Part shown: positions 26,669 through 32,158 of the stretch, piece by piece
Position numbering within the stretch: position 1 is the first letter of the stretch
Layout of the letters: each line of letters begins with the position of its first letter
IMG/VR virus record: IMGVR_UViG_2529292726_000025
Coordinates: 1 to 32,158 of that record
DNA length: 32,158 bases
DNA from: a virus
Lineage: Duplodnaviria > Heunggongvirae > Uroviricota > Caudoviricetes
Direction: 5' to 3' (one strand)
Translations under genes and position numbers: made by a program
The notes under the pieces: generated by a model
Told to the model about the DNA's origin: nothing
The model's database searches: none
Seen by the model: the letters and a program-made list of their open reading frames with translations, nothing else

Positions 26669-26984
26669 TGTGACTGAATTGATGCGCACAACACCTGGCT
26701 GGCATCAGAGAGTGTTTTACGAGACTTTCGTAAAATCCTGTGTACAAGGGCGTGACGTTTTTGAAAGTGAGCACTACGAAATTTTCGTAGTTCAAAAAAC
26801 AGCCTTTGAGAAGTTGTTATGCCTGTTCAGCAAACCATCCGCATAGCTGATCGCGAATCAAATTACCAATGGAGCCAGAAGCAAGGGCAGAACTGGAAAG
26901 CGCCTGCCGTGAAGAGTAATGCGACACCATAAATATAGTTTTTAGAGTCCATAAAAAACCTGTCAAAACCTGACATACAGAACG

Positions 26985-27017
26985 ATGCCACCAGCTACTG
27001 AGCGGTGGCATTTTTTT
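26985..27017 (+). terminator. Strong intrinsic terminator
   Basis: atgccaccagc-tactga-gcggtggcat hairpin (GC-rich stem of about 10 bp) followed by tttttt. Confidence 0.65.
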
Positions 27018-27112
27018 GTGCTATTTGTTTCATATTTTGCAATTACGATGATGAATATTGCGATTTGTGAAACTATAATAACTGTTGTTTTATACAGTTC
27101 TAAGGGGGCGTT

Positions 27113-27286
27113 ATGGCTATTTCAGTAAAGCCAGTATTGATAAGTGAGAAGCAAATGGAAGCGATAAAGAAAATTCAGGAGGAGCAGCGTAAAAAATCAG
27201 AGGTAGGAGTTGCGCCAACGATCCACGAAATTGCTCGGGGATTAATGGATAAGGCGCTGGCTTACACTTTAACTGGACGTGGGTAA
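27113..27286 (+). CDS. Small putative ribbon-helix-helix-like DNA-binding protein, 57 aa (below the ORF-track cutoff)
   Basis: Manual translation: MAISVKPVLISEKQMEAIKKIQEEQRKKSEVGVAPTIHEIARGLMDKALAYTLTGRG. Shine-Dalgarno AAGGGGG 5 nt upstream. First gene after the terminator and an AT-rich promoter-like region. Confidence 0.45.
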   Translation: MAISVKPVLISEKQMEAIKKIQEEQRKKSEVGVAPTIHEIARGLMDKALAYTLTGRG

Positions 27287-27290
27287 ATCA

Positions 27291-28757
27291 ATGGCTACGT
27301 GGCAACAGGGTATTAATTCTGGTGGTTTTCTGGCTGGCATCGGTACGCAAAATGAGAATGCGCCAAAGGCAAGCGACATTAACGCAACGCTTGGTCTGAT
27401 CCGCGAAAACAATGAACTGGCTCGCTCAGGTGCAAATAACGTTGGTCTGACCGCGTTACGTGGTCTGGCTGGAGTTGCTGATATTTATAAGCAGCAGCAA
27501 CAGCAGGAGCGTAAAGCGGCATTCCAGAAAGGTTATGCAGATGCTTATGCGTCCGGCGACAGGGAGCAGATGCGTAATCTTATTACAGCATTCCCAGAAG
27601 AGTTTGAGGAAGTCCGTAAAGGGATGAGTTATGTCGATGATGCTCAAAGGGATGATTATGGCAATCTGGCGCTCAAAGCACAGGTAGCCTCATCGCTTGG
27701 TCCGGGCGCATTTGGCAGGTTCATGATGGATAATGAGCAGGAGATGCGTCGTTTAGGTATCCCTCCAGAAACTATTGCTGAAATGCAGGTTAATGACCCG
27801 CAGGGCTTCCAGCATTTCGCAGGTAATCTGGCGCTGTTTTCTCTCGGTCATGAGAAGTATTTCGATATCAAAGATCAAATGGAAGGTCGGGATATTGAGC
27901 GCGGCGAGTTGGCAGAGACAATCCGCAGCAATCAGGCTGGCGAAGCACTTCAGGCGAGAGGGCAGGATATTAGCCGAGCAAATGCGTTAACGTCAGCATA
28001 TGCACCAACAGCAGCAATGCAGAATTACAATCAGTACGCTCAAATGTTAAAGGCGGATCCAGAGGGGGCGGCGGCATTTGCGGCAGCGGCTGGAATTAAT
28101 ACAAACGCCAAAAAATTAATGAGTGTTAGGGAAAACGATGATGGCACTGTCACAAAATACTACACAGACGGAAGTGAAGAGCAGGGAAAACTAAACCAGC
28201 CAATATCTGGAGATGGGTTTCGTCCAATAGCTTTGCCAACAGCTCAAAAGATCATGGAAAAGTCGCCAGAAGGGGCTAAAAAAGCTGCTGGATTTGCATA
28301 CAGAGTTAGGGATGCTCTTGATTCAATGGATACACTGAAAGGCCAGATTAGCCCACAGCGAGTGGCGATCATTAATAATGCTTTGGGTAATGGGACGCTG
28401 GCTAACTTAACGCTCAGCCCAACAGAGCAGCAATACGTTGTTAATGCTAATGACGCAATAATGGCAATACTCCGTCAGGAAACAGGGGCAGCTATCGTAC
28501 CTGCTGAAATGTCAAAATATTATCAAATGTATTTCCCTCAGCCTGGTGATTCCACAAAAACCATTGATACCAAGCGCCGGAAGATGGAAAACCAGTTCAA
28601 TTCGCTGAAAGCTGCTTCTGGTCGAGCTTATGATGCTTTGCGGGTTATTTCAGCAGTTGACAGAGGAACTTCTTCTTCGTCGCAGACATTGCCGCAATCT
28701 GAGCAGGTATCACAGCCAGCAGCCAGCAGTAACTTTTCTTCACTATGGGGTGATTAA
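27291..28757 (+). CDS. Large Gln/Ala-rich, predicted alpha-helical protein of unknown function, about 488 aa
   Basis: Long ORF (the track gives GTG 27279; ATG 27291 is more likely). No Walker, nuclease or other catalytic motif seen. Coupled to the downstream gene by a TAATG overlap. Confidence 0.6.
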   Translation: MATWQQGINSGGFLAGIGTQNENAPKASDINATLGLIRENNELARSGANNVGLTALRGLAGVADIYKQQQQQERKAAFQKGYADAYASGDREQMRNLITAFPEEFEEVRKGMSYVDDAQRDDYGNLALKAQVASSLGPGAFGRFMMDNEQEMRRLGIPPETIAEMQVNDPQGFQHFAGNLALFSLGHEKYFDIKDQMEGRDIERGELAETIRSNQAGEALQARGQDISRANALTSAYAPTAAMQNYNQYAQMLKADPEGAAAFAAAAGINTNAKKLMSVRENDDGTVTKYYTDGSEEQGKLNQPISGDGFRPIALPTAQKIMEKSPEGAKKAAGFAYRVRDALDSMDTLKGQISPQRVAIINNALGNGTLANLTLSPTEQQYVVNANDAIMAILRQETGAAIVPAEMSKYYQMYFPQPGDSTKTIDTKRRKMENQFNSLKAASGRAYDALRVISAVDRGTSSSSQTLPQSEQVSQPAASSNFSSLWGD

Positions 28758-30862
28758 TGGCTAAAGCATGGAAAGATGTTATCGCCTCTCCACAGTATCA
28801 GGCGTTAGCACCAGAACAAAAAACGCAGGCTCAGGAGCAATACTTCAACGAAGTCGTTGCCCCGCAAGCCGGAGAAAGTGTAGAGCAGGCTAAGCAGGCT
28901 TTTTATGCTGCCTATCCACTACCATCAACGAATGAAATAGACCGAGCCCAATCAGCAACTCAAAATATTCAACATACATCATCTGATAATTCTCTTGCGT
29001 CAGGGTATGCAAAGTTAGCGACTCAGCAAAGAGAGGGGCTTGAACGTTCAGCAGAACAGGGAGCCAGTCTTGGGGCTGCGATGCGCGATGCTATAACAGG
29101 CGAAAGCCGAATGACTCCAGAGATGGAGAGACTGCAAAATGTCGACCTTGCCCCAGAGTTAACCTCACTCAGCATGGATGCTCTAAAAGCTCGATGGTCT
29201 CAACTTTTCGGCTCTGACGCATCTCAGGAAAAGATTCTTCAGAGCATGGGAGCGAAATTAAGGCAGGATGAGAAGGGTAACACTATCGTTTCCCTACCAT
29301 CCGGTGATTATGCTCTGAACAAGCCGGGTTTATCACCGCAAGACGTGGCATCGTTTCTGGCTAATGCGCTGGCGTTTACACCAGCGGGCAGGACCGGAAC
29401 GGTGCTGGGGGCCATAGGGAAATCAGCAGCTACAGATTTAGCACTACAGGGAGCCACCAGCCTCGCTGGTGGAGAAGATATTGATCCGTTACAAACGGTA
29501 ATCTCTGCTGGCATTGGCGGCATTGGTAAGGGTCTGGAGAATACAGTGAGTGCCGTTTCGAGGGCCGTTCGCGGTGATATGGCACCGGAAGCGAAAGCCG
29601 CTGTTGATTTTGCATCGGAAAGAACCCTACCGTTAATGACCAGTGACGTACTGAAAGATAAAAACACTGTGCAGAGTCTGGCCCAGAAAACAGGCGAAAA
29701 AATTCCTTTTTTTGGAACGGGTACGAACAGGCTGAATCAACAACAGGCTCGGGAAAATCTGGTCAGAACATATAACGATGGTCTGGGAGGCATTTCAGAT
29801 AAACAGCTTTATGAGTCTGCTACTAAAGGGCAGCAAAAATTCATTGAGGCCGCAGGTAAGCGATATAACCGCATAATTGACGCTATGGGGGATACCCCTG
29901 TCGACCTATCAAACACGGTAAAAGCTATCGACAATCAGATTGCCGTGTTAAGCCGCCCGGGCAAATCTCAGGATAGAGCCGCGGTAAAAGTCTTGCAGCA
30001 ATTTAAAGACGATATCACCAGCGGACCCAATGACCTGCGTCTGGCGAGAGAAAACAGAACTGACCTTCGAAAGCGGTTCATGAATTCAAACGAGACTGTT
30101 GATAAAGACACGCTCCAGAAAGCCAGCGATATTGTCTACAAGGCATATACGCTGGATATGAGAAGGGCAGTAGCCCAGAAACTGGGTTCAGAAGAAGCAG
30201 CCAATATGGCAAGGGTTGATCGCTCATGGTCTAAATTCAATGACATGATGGGAAGAACGCGCGTTCAAAAGGCAATAGCCAGCGGCAAGGCCACGCCTGA
30301 GGATGTAACAAAACTCGTGTTTAGCCAAAGCCCATCAGAACGTTCTCAGCTTTACAGGCTTCTGGATGACAATGGTAGGCAAAACGCACGAGCAGCCATA
30401 GTTCAGAATGCTGTAGATAAGGCGACTGATCCGTCTGGAAATATCAGTGTTGAGAAGTTTATTAATGCGTTACACCGGAACAGGAAGCAATCAGCAACTT
30501 TCTTTAAAGGCGTGCACGGAAAGGAACTGGACGGCATTATTAAATACCTCAACGATACCAGACAGGCGGCAAAGGTTGACGGTCAGAAATTAAACAGCCA
30601 GAAACTTTATGGCCTGCTGGTTGGTGGAGGCGCTATAAATGCGGCAGTTCTGGCGGGGATGCTGAAAACGGCTGCGTTTGTTGTTCCTGCTGCTGGTGCT
30701 TTAGGCGGAGCAGCGAAGGCATACGAAAGCCCTGTTATACGAAATGCCTTATTACGTCTGGCAAATACGCCAAAAGGTAGCACAGCATATGACAGAGCGA
30801 TCAGTACAGTCACACAATCACTGACCACAGCAGCACAAGCATCGCAAAAGGAAGCTCAATAA
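28757..30862 (+). CDS. Large unknown-function protein with C-terminal glycine-zipper-like hydrophobic segment, 701 aa
   Basis: Long ORF. C-terminal LYGLLVGGGAINAAVLAGMLKTAAFVVPAAGALGGAAKAY is membrane-helix or glycine-zipper-like. Otherwise helical and Q/A/K-rich without catalytic motifs. Confidence 0.6.
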   Translation: MAKAWKDVIASPQYQALAPEQKTQAQEQYFNEVVAPQAGESVEQAKQAFYAAYPLPSTNEIDRAQSATQNIQHTSSDNSLASGYAKLATQQREGLERSAEQGASLGAAMRDAITGESRMTPEMERLQNVDLAPELTSLSMDALKARWSQLFGSDASQEKILQSMGAKLRQDEKGNTIVSLPSGDYALNKPGLSPQDVASFLANALAFTPAGRTGTVLGAIGKSAATDLALQGATSLAGGEDIDPLQTVISAGIGGIGKGLENTVSAVSRAVRGDMAPEAKAAVDFASERTLPLMTSDVLKDKNTVQSLAQKTGEKIPFFGTGTNRLNQQQARENLVRTYNDGLGGISDKQLYESATKGQQKFIEAAGKRYNRIIDAMGDTPVDLSNTVKAIDNQIAVLSRPGKSQDRAAVKVLQQFKDDITSGPNDLRLARENRTDLRKRFMNSNETVDKDTLQKASDIVYKAYTLDMRRAVAQKLGSEEAANMARVDRSWSKFNDMMGRTRVQKAIASGKATPEDVTKLVFSQSPSERSQLYRLLDDNGRQNARAAIVQNAVDKATDPSGNISVEKFINALHRNRKQSATFFKGVHGKELDGIIKYLNDTRQAAKVDGQKLNSQKLYGLLVGGGAINAAVLAGMLKTAAFVVPAAGALGGAAKAYESPVIRNALLRLANTPKGSTAYDRAISTVTQSLTTAAQASQKEAQ

Positions 30863-30921
30863 CAGATGACCATGGATGGTTGGCTATAATAGTAATTAGT
30901 TTTTTCAAATAGTTATGAACA

Positions 30922-31320
30922 TTAACACTTGCCTTTAACATTGCCGACAAATGAGCCTGTAAATGAGCCTATATCAGATCGACTAATTGTTCGTGTATGG
31001 ATCACTTTTCCGTCATTTGAGATTGCCCATGTGACAAGCGTCAGTTGACCATCTCGATAGCTTCTTCCCATCATGGCATTCGGAGATAGCGGGTAATAAT
31101 CAATACCTCCACCTATACCATCTTTTGCCAAGATAAGATCCGCCTTCTCTTTACTTATTACCAAATGAAAGGTATCTGGTATAGATGATAACTTATAGTT
31201 ATACCCATCTGAACTTGAGGCTTCTTGTCCTTTCAGATCACCAATAATCCAGCATTCAGCGTTCGCTCCAAAAGAAGCAAATAATAAACCGGAGACAACC
31301 AATCGCTTCAATTGATTCAC
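30922..31320 (-). CDS. Small secreted protein (signal peptide) of unknown function, about 132 aa
   Basis: GTG start preceded by AAGGGAGG. N-terminus VNQLKRLVVSGLLFASFGANA|ECW is signal-peptide-like with an A-x-A cleavage motif. The track ORF extends further upstream to 31617. Confidence 0.45.
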   Translation of the reverse strand: MNQLKRLVVSGLLFASFGANAECWIIGDLKGQEASSSDGYNYKLSSIPDTFHLVISKEKADLILAKDGIGGGIDYYPLSPNAMMGRSYRDGQLTLVTWAISNDGKVIHTRTISRSDIGSFTGSFVGNVKGKC

Positions 31321-31670
31321 ACCAACCCTCCCTTTAGCGTTGTTTAGAATGGCAATCATCATATATCCAAGACATGGCATTTGGTACATAGCTTGGGTCG
31401 GGATTTCAAATCCGCCCCCGTTGATGGGGTCGTTACAGTACGCGCATATCCGCTTTATGTGAAACAGGAAGATTTTTCTGATATCACTGCCACAGCAAAA
31501 CACCAATTTCGAGACAAGTACGCGCGCGAGGGGTATCAGTTGCAAAAAGTTTTGCAACTGCGTCCGACCAGTACGCACACAATGGGTAAGCGTAAACTGA
31601 CCGCCGTATGTAGCCATCAGACGAGAATTGGTAACTTAGACGCCCATCTGATATAGACGGACATCTAAGT

Positions 31671-32096
31671 ATGGAATTACAGGACTGGCGAAAAGAACCT
31701 CGTAAAAACTATTCGAATGAATTCAAACTTCGTATGGTGGAACTGGCATCACAACCTGGAGCTTGTGTTGCACAGATTGCACGTGAAAATGGCGTCAATG
31801 ATAATGTTATTTTCAAATGGCTCAGGCTCTGGCAGAACGAAGGGCGTGTTTCGCGGCGTCTTCCGGTAACGACCTCTTCTGACACTGGCGTTGAATTATT
31901 ACCTGTAGAAATAACGCCGGATGAGCAGAAAGAACCTGTGGCGGCCATTGCGCCGTCTTTATCCACTTCCACTCAGACCAGAGTCAGTGCCAGTTCCTGC
32001 AAGGTGGAATTCCGTCACGGTAACATGACGCTGGAAAATCCATCGCCAGAGCTGCTCACAGTGTTGATCCGTGAACTGACCGGGAGGGGAAGATGA
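31671..32096 (+). CDS. IS66-family accessory protein (orfA / TnpA-like), 141 aa
   Basis: N-terminal HTH-like region (YSNEFKLRMVELASQPGACVAQIARENGVNDNVIFKWLRLW) typical of IS66 orfA. Confidence 0.7.
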   Translation: MELQDWRKEPRKNYSNEFKLRMVELASQPGACVAQIARENGVNDNVIFKWLRLWQNEGRVSRRLPVTTSSDTGVELLPVEITPDEQKEPVAAIAPSLSTSTQTRVSASSCKVEFRHGNMTLENPSPELLTVLIRELTGRGR

Positions 32097-32158
32097 TCTC
32101 ACTCCCATCAGGTACCCGTATCTGGCTCGTTGCCGGCGTTACCGATATGCGTAAATCC
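32093..32158 (+). CDS. IS66-family orfB (TnpB-like), 5' fragment cut by the window end
   Basis: Begins MISLPSGTRIWLVAGVTDMRKS, the characteristic IS66 TnpB N-terminus. Confidence 0.65.
   Translation, partial: MISLPSGTRIWLVAGVTDMRKS

Larger units (their letters stand above)
31594..32158 (+). mobile_element. IS66-family insertion sequence, left end (continues beyond the window)
   Basis: orfA and the start of orfB in IS66 arrangement with ATGA overlap. Candidate terminal inverted repeat beginning GTAAGCGTAAACTGACC near 31594; the exact boundary is uncertain. Confidence 0.65.

Noticed and set aside
27279-27290. GTG 27279 as start of the 488-aa gene
   Set aside because: It overlaps the 57-aa upstream gene in the same frame region. 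ATG 27291 just after the upstream stop is more plausible, though neither has a strong Shine-Dalgarno.
29308-29667. 119-aa minus-strand ORF
   Set aside because: Antisense shadow ORF within the 701-aa gene.
31321-31617. N-terminal extension of the minus-strand ORF to 231 aa
   Set aside because: The extension overlaps the IS66 end and lacks start signals. GTG 31320, with a strong Shine-Dalgarno followed by a signal peptide, is the likely true start.

Overview
This window reads as a nested mobile-element region of an Enterobacteriaceae (E. coli-like) chromosome; no rRNA, tRNA or CRISPR array was found. All family names are from motif reading and recollection only, since no database search was possible. 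(1) Positions 1-17.8 kb are the left arm of a cryptic Rac/Qin-type lambdoid prophage. On the minus strand: int, xis, ralR, recT, recE, then a dicB/DicF-like division-inhibitor module and a CI-type repressor. On the plus strand: cro-like, ydaT-like, O-like replication gene with internal iterons, DnaC-like loader, a hok-family toxin, a frameshifted DUF968-like gene, rusA and a Q-like antiterminator. No lysis or structural genes follow Q. (2) Immediately after Q sits an AT-rich, self-contained two-gene cassette (15264-16758): a Hanks-type Ser/Thr protein kinase translationally coupled to a PP2C-family phosphatase. It has its own palindromic promoter region and flanking terminators, and the kinase is interrupted by a -1 frameshift in an A5 run. 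This is my top candidate for an undescribed phage-associated signalling or defence module. (3) A DNA adenine methyltransferase gene is truncated at about 17750 by a P4-like satellite-type element: integrase, AlpA, a block of small overlapping genes, a 918-aa primase and an iteron origin. (4) Downstream lies a terminator-isolated three-gene operon (27113-30862) of unknown function, a small secreted protein, and the left end of an IS66-family insertion sequence running off the window.
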